Positions 8,838 through 18,363 of a DNA stretch of 52,231 nt are shown in pieces. The translations under genes and the position numbers were made by a program. Numbering within the stretch: position 1 is the stretch's first letter; the number at the start of each line of letters is the position of its first letter. This DNA is from Patescibacteria group bacterium (GTDB lineage: Bacteria > Patescibacteriota > Minisyncoccia > Phycocordibacterales > UBA918): positions 1-52,231 of the forward strand of contig JBBTYP010000011.1 of NCBI GenBank assembly GCA_038061715.1. The letters run 5' to 3'. The notes below the pieces were generated by a model that was not told the origin of the DNA, did no database searches, and saw nothing but the letters and a program-made list of their open reading frames with translations.

Positions 8838-10226
8838 TTAAAAATTATCGTCACCTCCAACCGCACTATGATGGGTATCAAGATTAAGGAAACGAACATG
8901 CTTACCGTCGAAGTAGAGTTCGGCGTGGCCGGTCGGGCCGTTACGGTGCTTTTCGACTAGTATCTCGGCGATGTTTGGTCGCTCTGACTCTTTGTCCTTA
9001 TTCATCTTATCCTCACGGTGAATAAACATCACGACGTCGGCATCTTGTTCGATAGAACCGGAGTCACGTAGGTCAGACAGTCGTGGCTTGCCACCACGTT
9101 GCTCCACAGCCCGAGAGAGCTGCGAGAGCGCAATAACTGGAATCTCAAGTTCCTTAGCGAGAATTTTGAGTGAACGAGAAATCTCAGTAATCTGCTGCAC
9201 CATGCTGTCACTACCTTTACTAAGGGTAGGGGACATAAGCTGGAGGTAATCGACAATGAGCATATCAAGACCGTATTCATTCTTAAGCCGCCGAGCCGCT
9301 GAACGCATCTTCACGATGTTCATCGCGGCCTCATCAATGATGTGTATCGGAGCTTTGTGAAGTTTGTTCATGGCGCTTTGAAGGGCCTCATACTCATGGT
9401 CATTGGTAAGTCGACCAGTCCGTAGTTTCCAAGAGTCGACCCCTGACTCCGCCGCCAACATACGATCTACTAGTTGTTGGGCACTCATTTCGAGCGAAAA
9501 AATTCCCACTGAAGAACCGTACTGCAAAGCGGCATTACGGGCGATATCAAGGGCAAAAGTGGTTTTACCCATTGAAGGCCGAGCGGCCAGAATTACTAAG
9601 TCGGATTTCTGAAAGCCCGAGAGAACATTATCAAGAGCTGTGAAGCCGGACGGTACACCCCGTTTCATTTCTGGGTTAGCACTAAGGTGCTCGAAACGTT
9701 CCCAGGCTTCCTTAAGAGCACTACCGATTGGACGGAACTTTTGTGAAGAGGGAGCTTGGGTAGCTTGGAAGATTTTTTTCTCGGCTTGGTCAAGCGCTTC
9801 ATCGACACTTTCAGGATCGGAGAAACCGATTTCAGCGATGTCATCTGCCGCGTGGATGAGATTGCGTAAAGTAGATTTGTTGAGAACCTGTTCGGCATAG
9901 TATGAAGCATTGCCCGCCGCCGGAACGGTTTCGATGAGTTCGGTAATATACGCGGCACCACCAGAGCGGTCGAGCGCATTCATATCTTTGAGTTTGGTTA
10001 CTACGGAAATGAGGTCAATCGGGTCACCTTTAGAGAAAATATGAGAAATCGCTTGATAGATGTTGCGGTGTTTGTCGGCGTAAAAACTCTCAGGAAAAAC
10101 TGTAACTGAGACATCGTGCATAACGTCAGGCTTCAGGATAATTGCCCCGAGCAAAGCTTTTTCCGCTTCAACGTTTTGTGGTGGTTTTCGGAGTGAGCGA
10201 TTGAGAGTTGGGTCAGCCATAGTCAT
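8838..10226 (-). CDS. dnaB: Replicative DNA helicase DnaB
   Basis: PPQNVEAE, AARPSMGKT, IVDYLQLM, DLRDSGSIEQDAD, KHRNGPTG; no intein. Confidence 0.97.
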   Translation of the reverse strand: MTMADPTLNRSLRKPPQNVEAEKALLGAIILKPDVMHDVSVTVFPESFYADKHRNIYQAISHIFSKGDPIDLISVVTKLKDMNALDRSGGAAYITELIETVPAAGNASYYAEQVLNKSTLRNLIHAADDIAEIGFSDPESVDEALDQAEKKIFQATQAPSSQKFRPIGSALKEAWERFEHLSANPEMKRGVPSGFTALDNVLSGFQKSDLVILAARPSMGKTTFALDIARNAALQYGSSVGIFSLEMSAQQLVDRMLAAESGVDSWKLRTGRLTNDHEYEALQSAMNKLHKAPIHIIDEAAMNIVKMRSAARRLKNEYGLDMLIVDYLQLMSPTLSKGSDSMVQQITEISRSLKILAKELEIPVIALSQLSRAVEQRGGKPRLSDLRDSGSIEQDADVVMFIHREDKMNKDKESERPNIAEILVEKHRNGPTGHAELYFDGKHVRFLNLDTHHSAVGGDDNF

Positions 10227-10295
10227 TTGATTCTAACATTTTGCTGATGGATATACTCTTGACGGCATAGTTGGGGACAGTGTGAGTTGTGTGGA

Positions 10296-10421
10296 TATGA
10301 CCTACAAAAAGGGCACAATTCTTCGTTACTCTACGCAAAATATTCCTCACTGTACCAATGGGCACTTCGTCGTATTTTACTGTCTTCTCAACGTGAACAG
10401 TTCAGTTTGGCGTAGGTCATA
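10296..10421 (-). repeat. ERIC-like palindromic element, copy B (126 bp, includes cysS stop codon)
   Basis: Perfect 10-bp TIR TATGACCTAC/GTAGGTCATA with TA ends; internal GAAGTGCCC..GTACAGTGAGGA..TAACGAAG on minus strand. Confidence 0.65.
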
Positions 10422-11868
10422 GTTTAGTCAGTTTGGGGCCTTGAGGAGTGTCTTCGACTAGATAGCCTTTACGAGCAATGGCATCGCGCAGGAAATCAGC
10501 CTCGGCCCAATTGTGGGCGATGCGAGCTACCTCACGTTTGTCTATTAGTTCTTGAATTTCCGCTGGCAGTTCTGTGCTACCCACCACCCCTAAGAGCCGC
10601 TTACCCTCAGCCACATCTTCCGATAGGCCAATATCTAATACATCGTCCATCGCCATTAGAGTACCGCACTTGGTTTTTTCTTCGAGCCTAGGGTCTTTTA
10701 TCATGTCCCACAAGACGGCGATGGCACCTGGAGTATCAAGGTCGTTGCGCAAACAAGCATCAAATTTTTCCATGTAAGTTGCATCGGGGATATTGGAACG
10801 TTGCTTGAACTCTTCGTACATATAGCGTTTAAGACGATAAAGAGCTTGCTTGGAAGCTTTAAGGGCCTCCCAGGAGAAGTTTACTGGTGAGCGATAGTGA
10901 GCGGTGAGAAGCCAGTAGCGATAGTCATCGCCCGTAAAGCCCCGCTCGCGCAGGTGTCGGAGTGTGACTGAATTACCCAATGACTTGCCAATGCGCTGGT
11001 TGTCGATACGCAAGTGTTGTCCATGCATCCAGTATTGTACAAATTTCTTACCGGTAATACTTTCAGATTGAGCAATTTCACCGTTGTGATGAGTTGGCAT
11101 ATTGTCGATACCGCCAGTGTGGATATCAATTTGTTTACCCAGGGTAGCAAAAGCCATCGCCGAACACTCGATATGCCAGCCAGGAAATCCGGCACCAAAG
11201 CGACTGGGCCAACCTAATTCATTTTTTTTCCAAACAGCAAAATCAGCTGGGTGTTTTTTTTCGCTATTAACTTCTACTCGAGCCCCTTCTTGCAATTTAT
11301 TAATGTTAATTTTGCCTAAGCGGCCATAGGTAGGGAATTTGCTAATATCAAAGTAAGCACCATCAGAAGTTTCATAAACATAACCTTTGTCATCGAGAGT
11401 TTTAATCAAACTGACTTGCTTACCAACATAATCACTGGCCCTTGCCCAGGTAGTGGGTGGCATGATTTGAAGTTCTTCGGTGTCGTCCACAAAAGCTTTG
11501 ATGTAGATATCACCGAGTCTACGCATACCTTCGAGAGTGATAGGTAAGTCTTCGCGTTTGAGACCTTTCATCATCTTGTCTTCACCAGCATCTGCGTCGT
11601 CTGAGAGGTGTCCGAAATCTGTGAAGTTAATTGTGTGCTTTACCAAATAGCCATTTTTGATGAGAACTCGTTTTAAAATATCGGGGAAGAGATATGAGCG
11701 TAAATTACCAATATGTACATAGTCGTATACGGTTGGACCACAACTGTACATGGTGACATGAGAGTCGTTTAAAGATTGAAAAGTCTCTAACGAGTTGCTT
11801 TCCGAATTGTACAGCTTAATTTCAGGGTGAGAAATTGGGGTTTTTTTACCAAAGATATTGCCAAACAT
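10417..11868 (-). CDS. cysS: Cysteine--tRNA ligase
   Basis: YSCGPTVYDYVHIGN, GFPGWHIECSAM, HHNGEIAQSE; start at MFGNIF (TACACT -10 7 nt upstream). Confidence 0.95.
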   Translation of the reverse strand: MFGNIFGKKTPISHPEIKLYNSESNSLETFQSLNDSHVTMYSCGPTVYDYVHIGNLRSYLFPDILKRVLIKNGYLVKHTINFTDFGHLSDDADAGEDKMMKGLKREDLPITLEGMRRLGDIYIKAFVDDTEELQIMPPTTWARASDYVGKQVSLIKTLDDKGYVYETSDGAYFDISKFPTYGRLGKININKLQEGARVEVNSEKKHPADFAVWKKNELGWPSRFGAGFPGWHIECSAMAFATLGKQIDIHTGGIDNMPTHHNGEIAQSESITGKKFVQYWMHGQHLRIDNQRIGKSLGNSVTLRHLRERGFTGDDYRYWLLTAHYRSPVNFSWEALKASKQALYRLKRYMYEEFKQRSNIPDATYMEKFDACLRNDLDTPGAIAVLWDMIKDPRLEEKTKCGTLMAMDDVLDIGLSEDVAEGKRLLGVVGSTELPAEIQELIDKREVARIAHNWAEADFLRDAIARKGYLVEDTPQGPKLTKL

Positions 11869-11958
11869 TCCATCTAGTGTAGCAAATTGGTAACTTATAT
11901 CCAAAAAATAGGGGTGATTCACGTTAATCGCTTTGGTAGCTAGACAGAACATGCGATA

Positions 11959-13287
11959 ATGCATTTCATGAATGAAGAACATAATGGCTCGATTGTGAGC
12001 GGAAAGCCCAACAAAAACCTTATCGGTTACACTTTATTTGCGGTTTTGGCGATCGGTCTGTTTATTTCGGGTATTTATATCGGCCAGGCTGGCACGATTT
12101 TGGGCCAACCATTGAACTTTAAAACTTACCTACCTGGTATTGAAAAAGTCGCTCCTAAAGAAGGGGTTAGTTTAAATGAGTTCTGGAAAGTTTGGACACT
12201 ATTGGAAGAAAAATTTAGTTCAGCTAGCAGTACAGCCAGCGTGGCCGAGGAGACAAAAATCTACGGAGCAATTAAAGGCCTAGTAGACTCCTATGGAGAT
12301 CCCTACACAATCTTCTTGCCACCATCTGAGGCGGAGCAATTTGAAGATGATATCTCAGGTAACTTCAGTGGGGTTGGTATGGAAGTCGGACTACGCGACG
12401 GACTCATTACTGTCATTTCTCCGCTCGGAGGCACTCCAGCTGAGAGTGCTGGCATTCTTTCTGGAGATATCTTGGTTAAGATTGACGATAACAGCACCGA
12501 AGGTATGCGTATTGATGAAGCGGTTAAATTGATTCGAGGCGAAAAGGGAACCGTGGTAAAGTTTTCCATTTACCGTGAAGGCCAATCGGAATTCATCGAG
12601 AAATCTGTGACTAGAGACAATATTGACATTCCGACCGTGAAAACCGAAAAGATAGGAGACATTTTTGTGATTTCTTTATACAGTTTTAACGCTGTTTCTG
12701 AATCAAAAATGCAAGCAGCGATGAACGAATTTGTCTCCAGTAAATCAGAAAAACTTATCATCGACGTACGTGGCAATCCGGGCGGCTTCTTGCAAAGTGC
12801 GGTTGATATTGCCAGCTTCGTTTTGCCGTCAGGTAAGGTGGTCGTAAAGGAGCAGGGCGGTTTGACTGGTGAAGACAAGGTTTTCCGTACCCGTAACCGC
12901 CAGGTAAAAGATTTTACTTCTAAAAATCTAGTGGTGTTGGTTGATAACGGCTCAGCTTCTGCTTCCGAGATTCTAGCTGGTGCCCTCAAGGACCACGGCG
13001 TGGCAACCATAATTGGTTTACCCACCTTCGGTAAGGGTTCAGTGCAAGAGCTGGTTCGCTTAGAAGACGGTTCTTCCCTTAAGGTCACAGTAGCTAGATG
13101 GTTTACTCCAAATGGCGTTTCAATTTCTGATGGTGGTTTGAGTCCAGATTATGTTATCAAGCGTACACCAGAAGATCGGGAGGCAGGGATTGATCCTCAA
13201 AAAGACGCCGCTCTACGCTTTCTTAGAGGCGAGACGATCGAAAGCCAGAGTTTGTCAGCTGATTTTGGAGAGCCAGTTGGTGGCTAG
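11959..13287 (+). CDS. ctpA: Carboxy-terminal processing protease (S41, PDZ)
   Basis: TM anchor, GDPYT, GVGMEV, DVRGNPGG, SASASEILAGAL, TFGKGSVQ; start may be 11968. Confidence 0.92.
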   Translation: MHFMNEEHNGSIVSGKPNKNLIGYTLFAVLAIGLFISGIYIGQAGTILGQPLNFKTYLPGIEKVAPKEGVSLNEFWKVWTLLEEKFSSASSTASVAEETKIYGAIKGLVDSYGDPYTIFLPPSEAEQFEDDISGNFSGVGMEVGLRDGLITVISPLGGTPAESAGILSGDILVKIDDNSTEGMRIDEAVKLIRGEKGTVVKFSIYREGQSEFIEKSVTRDNIDIPTVKTEKIGDIFVISLYSFNAVSESKMQAAMNEFVSSKSEKLIIDVRGNPGGFLQSAVDIASFVLPSGKVVVKEQGGLTGEDKVFRTRNRQVKDFTSKNLVVLVDNGSASASEILAGALKDHGVATIIGLPTFGKGSVQELVRLEDGSSLKVTVARWFTPNGVSISDGGLSPDYVIKRTPEDREAGIDPQKDAALRFLRGETIESQSLSADFGEPVGG

Positions 13288-13336
13288 GTCATAATTTTGT
13301 AGAATAGACGTATTAGCTTAGTAAATGTATTTCTGT

Positions 13337-13777
13337 ATGAAAGTAATTCTAGTCCGTGATGTGGCCAAAATCGGCCGCAGAAATCAAATCGTAGAGGTAC
13401 CTGATGGCTACGCCCAAAACCAACTCATTCCAAAGAAATGGGCGCTGCCAGCGACGCCACAAAATCTTAAAAGAATTGAGTCGCTTAACGCTGGGGCAGC
13501 TGCCTCCAAAGATGCTAAAGCCGAAGCCTTCCTCGAGGCGGCTGAGGCACTGAAAAAAATTCAGCTCAATATCGCCACCGAGGCCAACGAGCAAGGACAC
13601 TTATTTAAAGCTGTCCATGCTACCGACGTAGTGTTGGCGGCGAGGGCAGCAAGCGTGCAATTAGAGGCTTCCTCGGTAGTGATAGCTGAGCAGATTAAGT
13701 CACTTGGTGCCCATGAGATTGAGTTGATTCATCTTGATCACAAAATCCCTTACATTATTAATATTGTTAAGAAGTAA
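13337..13777 (+). CDS. rplI: 50S ribosomal protein L9
   Basis: MKVILVRDVAKIG...VPDGYAQNQLIP, IKSLG. Confidence 0.95.
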   Translation: MKVILVRDVAKIGRRNQIVEVPDGYAQNQLIPKKWALPATPQNLKRIESLNAGAAASKDAKAEAFLEAAEALKKIQLNIATEANEQGHLFKAVHATDVVLAARAASVQLEASSVVIAEQIKSLGAHEIELIHLDHKIPYIINIVKK

Positions 13778-13782
13778 CCTAT

Positions 13783-14505
13783 ATGCAAAACAACGACATG
13801 TTCAAACGCGCTTTACCAACCATCGCTGTTTTGGTGCTCTGTGGAGCGCTGATTACCGCGATTGCGATGTGGCTTGGTCCTGATTCACCAAATGAAGCGC
13901 AAGTGGATGTCTCAGAGAAAACCACAGAAACCCTTCCTGCACCACTTACGGCGGATCAACTTACTGCGTATGATGTAGAGATGACAAATAATGATAATCC
14001 AGTAGCCGTTTTGACTACTAGTATGGGAGTCGTCGAGATTGAGCTGTTTGAAGACACAATGCCGATTACCGCCGGTAATTTTAAGAAGCTTGTCAGTGAG
14101 GGTTTTTATGACGGGACTAAGTTCCATCGTGTGATTGAAGGTTTTATGATTCAAGGCGGCGATCCGATTAGTAAGACCGATGAAGTAATGCGCTACGGCA
14201 CTGGTAATCCTGGTTACAGTATTCAAGATGAGCATATTAAGGGAGAGTATCTGAGTAATGTACGAGGTACCATTTCTATGGCCAACAGTGGTCCGAATAG
14301 CGGCGGCAGTCAGTTCTTTATCAATCTAGTCGACAATGTAAATCTCGACTTTGATAAAGAGCCCCTGACTTCAAAACATCCAGTGTTCGGAAGAGTGCTC
14401 AGTGGTATGGAGGTAATCGATGCGATTGCTCAAGTAGAAACCAACCCTCGTGATGTGCCGTTAGAGCCGATTATTGTAGAGAAAGTAGAAGTTAGAGAAA
14501 AGTAG
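13783..14505 (+). CDS. Membrane-anchored cyclophilin-type peptidyl-prolyl isomerase
   Basis: FYDGTKFHRVIEGFMIQGGDP, SMANSGPNSGGSQFFIN, HPVFGRV. Confidence 0.95.
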   Translation: MQNNDMFKRALPTIAVLVLCGALITAIAMWLGPDSPNEAQVDVSEKTTETLPAPLTADQLTAYDVEMTNNDNPVAVLTTSMGVVEIELFEDTMPITAGNFKKLVSEGFYDGTKFHRVIEGFMIQGGDPISKTDEVMRYGTGNPGYSIQDEHIKGEYLSNVRGTISMANSGPNSGGSQFFINLVDNVNLDFDKEPLTSKHPVFGRVLSGMEVIDAIAQVETNPRDVPLEPIIVEKVEVREK

Positions 14506-14524
14506 GAAGTAAGAGTAAGTAAAG

Positions 14525-14558
14525 AAAAGGCCCGGCAGTATATCGCCAGGCCTTTTTT
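14525..14558. terminator. Bidirectional terminator
   Basis: AAAAGGCCCGGC...GCCAGGCCTTTTTT. Confidence 0.7.
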
Positions 14559-14576
14559 GTCCTAAGCAGCTAAGAG

Positions 14577-15110
14577 TCAATTTGCCATAGGCTCAAGCTG
14601 CCACTGCTTCCGCTCTCGCACGTAGGCCGAGGTGAGTTGCATGTCGTCATAACAACGAAGCGTAGCAGCTGTGCTCAGCATGCCCGGACTGCGAAGAAGG
14701 TTGGCAGCTTCGGCAATAGAGTCGGTAATACACACCAGATAGGGCCTGAACTCCTTGCTGAAGTAACCAGCAGTATTTGCCCTAATGAGATGGGAAGTTA
14801 GCTTTTGCCAAAAGCGCTGGCCCGCCTCTGTCTCAAGAAAGCTCAAATCTGCTCGAATATGTTGGACTAAGTCAATGGCCGCCCGTTCAAGCGTACGCCG
14901 ATAAAGTTGCTGCAGTATTGGTGTATCAAGCGTAGTTAGGAGTATTTTAGTGTTGCTAAGCATTGCCAGCATTTCCTCCGGTCGGTTGGCCTCTTTTTTG
15001 AGAAGCACACCGCTACACCTAGTGGCGACCCAATCAAACTCTTCGCGCAGCAGTAGCATGAGCTCGCATACTTCGCTCGGTGAATGATGCATAATATTTA
15101 CTTCAGACAT
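14577..15110 (-). CDS. Hypothetical (orphan) helical protein
   Basis: AAAGGA before ATG 15110; own TTGACT promoter and terminator. Confidence 0.6.
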   Translation of the reverse strand: MSEVNIMHHSPSEVCELMLLLREEFDWVATRCSGVLLKKEANRPEEMLAMLSNTKILLTTLDTPILQQLYRRTLERAAIDLVQHIRADLSFLETEAGQRFWQKLTSHLIRANTAGYFSKEFRPYLVCITDSIAEAANLLRSPGMLSTAATLRCYDDMQLTSAYVRERKQWQLEPMAN

Positions 15111-15169
15111 CGCTAATCCTTTCAATTGTGCGGTCTGGCAGAATAGTAGACAAAACATTGACATAAGTC

Positions 15170-15207
15170 AAAGAAACCGGCCAGTCCTAGGACTGGCCGG
15201 TTTCTTT
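15170..15207. terminator. 38-bp perfect palindrome acting as rpmA terminator
   Basis: AAAGAAACCGGCCAGTCCT|AGGACTGGCCGGTTTCTTT. Confidence 0.75.
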
Positions 15208-15212
15208 AAGCT

Positions 15213-15491
15213 TTACTTTCCAACTACATCAACTGCCTTCTTGGTTACGCGCTGACCGTTGAAACGAATCTTACGCATGTCGCGAAAAGCGACCTTTCCT
15301 TCGGTAACGGCGTAGATAGTGTGATCTTTGCCGATACGGACCCCTTTACCGCCTTCAATTTTTGTACCTCGTTGGCGAACGATAATTTCGCCAGCTTTGA
15401 CTGCTTGTCCATCTCCACGCTTCACACCAAGCATTTTTGGTTGCGAATCGCGGAGGTTTTTACTGGTCCCACCAGCTTTCTTATGTGCCAT
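15213..15491 (-). CDS. rpmA: 50S ribosomal protein L27
   Basis: [33 protein letters not shown]. Confidence 0.97.
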   Translation of the reverse strand: MAHKKAGGTSKNLRDSQPKMLGVKRGDGQAVKAGEIIVRQRGTKIEGGKGVRIGKDHTIYAVTEGKVAFRDMRKIRFNGQRVTKKAVDVVGK

Positions 15492-15513
15492 ACGATTACT
15501 GTATAATTAGTTA

Positions 15514-15942
15514 GTGCCGACGAGTATACGACATTTGTGCGAAAAACTCAAGTCCTTAGTAGGAGATGATAGCCTTTATTTTGCGGCGTTGCTTTTACTT
15601 ATCGCTATCGCTTCGTTTGGTTTGGGCAGACAATCAGTCATGCAGAAAGCCGCTAGCAATAGTCTTAAAAACAACGCCTCCGCAGTCCTCGTAACCCCAT
15701 CACAAATAGTGAAGTCTACCAGTATTACTCCCACCCCCATCACCACCAATTCGACTGTGACAAAGGAATCATCCAGTGTGAGTGGGGAAGTCGTCGCCTC
15801 CAAATCCGGCACCAAATATCATCTACCGACCTGCTCAGGCGCCAAAAGTATCAAACCAGAGAATCTAATAACTTTCGCCACCATCGCCGAAGCTAAAGCT
15901 GCTGGCTATACGCCTGCCGCCAACTGCAAGGGTTTGCAATAA
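15514..15942 (+). CDS. Membrane-anchored protein with Ser/Thr linker and C-terminal Ada-type metal-binding domain
   Basis: TM helix; VASKSGTKYHLPTC...EAKAAGYTPAANC. Confidence 0.8.
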   Translation: MPTSIRHLCEKLKSLVGDDSLYFAALLLLIAIASFGLGRQSVMQKAASNSLKNNASAVLVTPSQIVKSTSITPTPITTNSTVTKESSSVSGEVVASKSGTKYHLPTCSGAKSIKPENLITFATIAEAKAAGYTPAANCKGLQ

Positions 15943-16062
15943 AGGCAGAAAAGCACTCATCTGCGTTGTTGTCTTCAACCAAATAATCTTCAATGCACAT
16001 AAAGTACACCTTAGCTTATTTAGTCTCGACGCCTAGCATCTAAGCACTTTTCTGCCTTTATT
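15938..16062 (-). repeat. ERIC-like palindromic element, copy C (125 bp, includes upstream gene's TAA)
   Basis: Perfect 16-bp TIR AATAAAGGCAGAAAAG/CTTTTCTGCCTTTATT; minus strand AGGCG..GGTGTAC-N4-GTGCATTGAAG..CAACGCAG. Confidence 0.75.
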
Positions 16063-16131
16063 AAGTTGTGGATTAATAAAAAAAGCGCGCGAAGCCGAAG
16101 CTCCGCGCACCCATAGACCAATCTTGGTCTC

Positions 16132-16881
16132 TTATCCCTTCGACTTTTTTCGCGACGGCTTTTTGGCTCGCACAGCATTCAGTCCCGCAACGATAGCCAG
16201 TACCTTTATCCCAGTGCTAGCGAGATACGAAATTGGCGTGTAATAAGAGCGGTCGGCTCCACCCTGTAGTGCAGCTGCCCAGGGCCAGCCAGCAACAGGG
16301 GGCACGACTGGAAAATCACTCCAACTGTAAGGAACTCTTCGGCTTTGAGATTTTAATGCTTCGACCAGTCCTGCTTTCTGCATACCATCAAAAAGCAAAC
16401 GCACGGAGTCCTCGATAGTATCGCTCGCTGCACACAGTTCTCCCTGTTCAGGAGGCTGGCCAGCTTCGTATTTCGGGGCGTCGAAGCCGCGGAACGCTGC
16501 TTTGATTTCATCCCACGCACGACGAAAGTCGTCACGGATGATGTATTCATTGATACTGTGGCGCCAGAGCGCGTTGACAACTTCGCATAGTGCATCACTA
16601 GCCGTATTATCGTGATGACTTATCGCTCCTGGATTGTTGCCCATGCGACGTAAAGCCGTTCGAGCCTCTTCTCCTCTGAAGGTTTTTCGATTGAGATGGA
16701 GACAGAGTTCAGCACAATGCTCTGAGCTGGTGAGACGCTTGATGAGTTCCTCGAGAGGAATTCGGTGGTACAACTCATTAACTGCTTTCTTCAGAACGTC
16801 GACATTCTCGACGGCTTCAAAAGCACGCTGATCTTCAAGAGCACAATCAACGATAGCGCGAAATTCTTCAATGCAAATCAT
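16132..16881 (-). CDS. Hypothetical (orphan) protein
   Basis: SD AGGAGG before ATG 16881; terminator ~16078-16110. Confidence 0.65.
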   Translation of the reverse strand: MICIEEFRAIVDCALEDQRAFEAVENVDVLKKAVNELYHRIPLEELIKRLTSSEHCAELCLHLNRKTFRGEEARTALRRMGNNPGAISHHDNTASDALCEVVNALWRHSINEYIIRDDFRRAWDEIKAAFRGFDAPKYEAGQPPEQGELCAASDTIEDSVRLLFDGMQKAGLVEALKSQSRRVPYSWSDFPVVPPVAGWPWAAALQGGADRSYYTPISYLASTGIKVLAIVAGLNAVRAKKPSRKKSKG

Positions 16882-17008
16882 CAGTACCTCCTGACCCAAA
16901 AGGGGCCATTAGTGTTGGGCAAAGGATGTGGAAGATCATCCGTCGATTACAATGTCACGAAATAGTGTCTTTGTAAAGCCTTCAGTGAGATGCTAGAATG
17001 TTCTTCAT

Positions 17009-17599
17009 ATGCTAATTCTTGATATCGAAGCCTCTGGACTTAATCGGGAGAAACATTCGATTGTTTCTTTGGGGGCGTTGGACTTGGAGAATCCCACCAA
17101 CCGTTTTTACGCTGAGTGTCGGGTGTGGGAGGGGGCACATATCGAAGACGATGCCCTTGAGGTTAACGGCTTCACCCGCGAAGAGATTCTCGATCCCAAC
17201 AAAATGACTGAAGCCGAATTGATTCGCAATTTCATTGATTGGTCGAAAGATCTCCATAATCGCACCATGGGCGGACAAAATGTCTCCTTCGACCGAGACA
17301 TGGCGCGCGAAGCCGCTTTGCGGGCTCACCTTGATTGGAACTTTGCTCACCGCACTATTGATGTGCATTCACTGTGCTGGATGCATATGGTTAAAAGGGG
17401 AGTCGTGCCACCGCTTGACGAGGAGCATCGTCGCAGTGCGCTTAATCTCGACTTGGTCCTCAACTACTGCGGCATTCCCGACGAACCAGAACCGCACAAT
17501 GCTCTGACTGGCGCCATGTGCCACGCCGAGACCATCTCCCGGCTTCTCTACAACAAAAAACTCCTACCAGAGTTCACACAATACGAAATTCCCTGGTAG
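17009..17599 (+). CDS. DEDDh 3'-5' exonuclease (DnaQ/oligoribonuclease-like)
   Basis: LDIEASG, QNVSFD, PHNALTGA. Confidence 0.85.
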   Translation: MLILDIEASGLNREKHSIVSLGALDLENPTNRFYAECRVWEGAHIEDDALEVNGFTREEILDPNKMTEAELIRNFIDWSKDLHNRTMGGQNVSFDRDMAREAALRAHLDWNFAHRTIDVHSLCWMHMVKRGVVPPLDEEHRRSALNLDLVLNYCGIPDEPEPHNALTGAMCHAETISRLLYNKKLLPEFTQYEIPW

Positions 17600-17620
17600 T
17601 GACAATGCTACAATGTAGCC

Positions 17621-18361
17621 ATGTTTCCAAGGAAAAAGAAAGTTACCATCAAGTCGGTCACACCATATGTTTGCCGGCTTGAAAACGAATTACTAAACCC
17701 GAAAGGTACTGACGGTGACGCAGTGCAATCTTGGCGTGTCTTCCGCATTATGTCGGAATTTGTGCAAGGCTTTGAACTTTTGCGTGATACTGGCCTGGCG
17801 GTCACATTTTGGGGAAGTGCTCGTCTTCGTCCCGACAACAAATATTACAAAGCGGCTGAAGAGCTAGCTTCAAAGCTGGCTAGGAAAGGGTTTGCGATTG
17901 TCTCTGGCGGCGGCCCGGGTATCATGGAAGCTTCTAATGTCGGTGCTTTCAAAGTCGGTGGCAAATCTGTCGGGCTCAATATTCAGCTACCTTATGAGCA
18001 AAAACTCAATCCGTACACTACCCATTCCCTTAGTTTTGACTTTTTCTTTTCTCGTAAAGTAATGCTTACCTTTGCTTCTGAAGCGTATATCTATTTCCCG
18101 GGAGGCTTCGGCACAATGGATGAATTTTTTGAAATTATCACTCTTATCCAGACTAAAAAAATTGAACAGATTCCAATCATTCTTTACGGCAAGGAATTTT
18201 GGGAACCACTAATTCGCTTTTTTGAAAAAGACATGATGAAGAAGTTTGGCACCATTGGTCCCGAAGATTTGGCTTTGTTTGAGCTAGTGGACTCAGTCGA
18301 TGACGCCTATAAGTACCTCATAAAACACGTTGATACTAAAAATAACACTAGACAACTTTAA
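17621..18361 (+). CDS. LOG family nucleotide phosphoribohydrolase (TIGR00730-like)
   Basis: WGSAR, SGGGPGIMEA, FPGGFGTMDEFFE. Confidence 0.9.
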   Translation: MFPRKKKVTIKSVTPYVCRLENELLNPKGTDGDAVQSWRVFRIMSEFVQGFELLRDTGLAVTFWGSARLRPDNKYYKAAEELASKLARKGFAIVSGGGPGIMEASNVGAFKVGGKSVGLNIQLPYEQKLNPYTTHSLSFDFFFSRKVMLTFASEAYIYFPGGFGTMDEFFEIITLIQTKKIEQIPIILYGKEFWEPLIRFFEKDMMKKFGTIGPEDLALFELVDSVDDAYKYLIKHVDTKNNTRQL

Positions 18362-18363
18362 CC

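Noticed and set aside
8838-10226. Intein or intron in dnaB
   Set aside because: Length and motifs are continuous; no insertion
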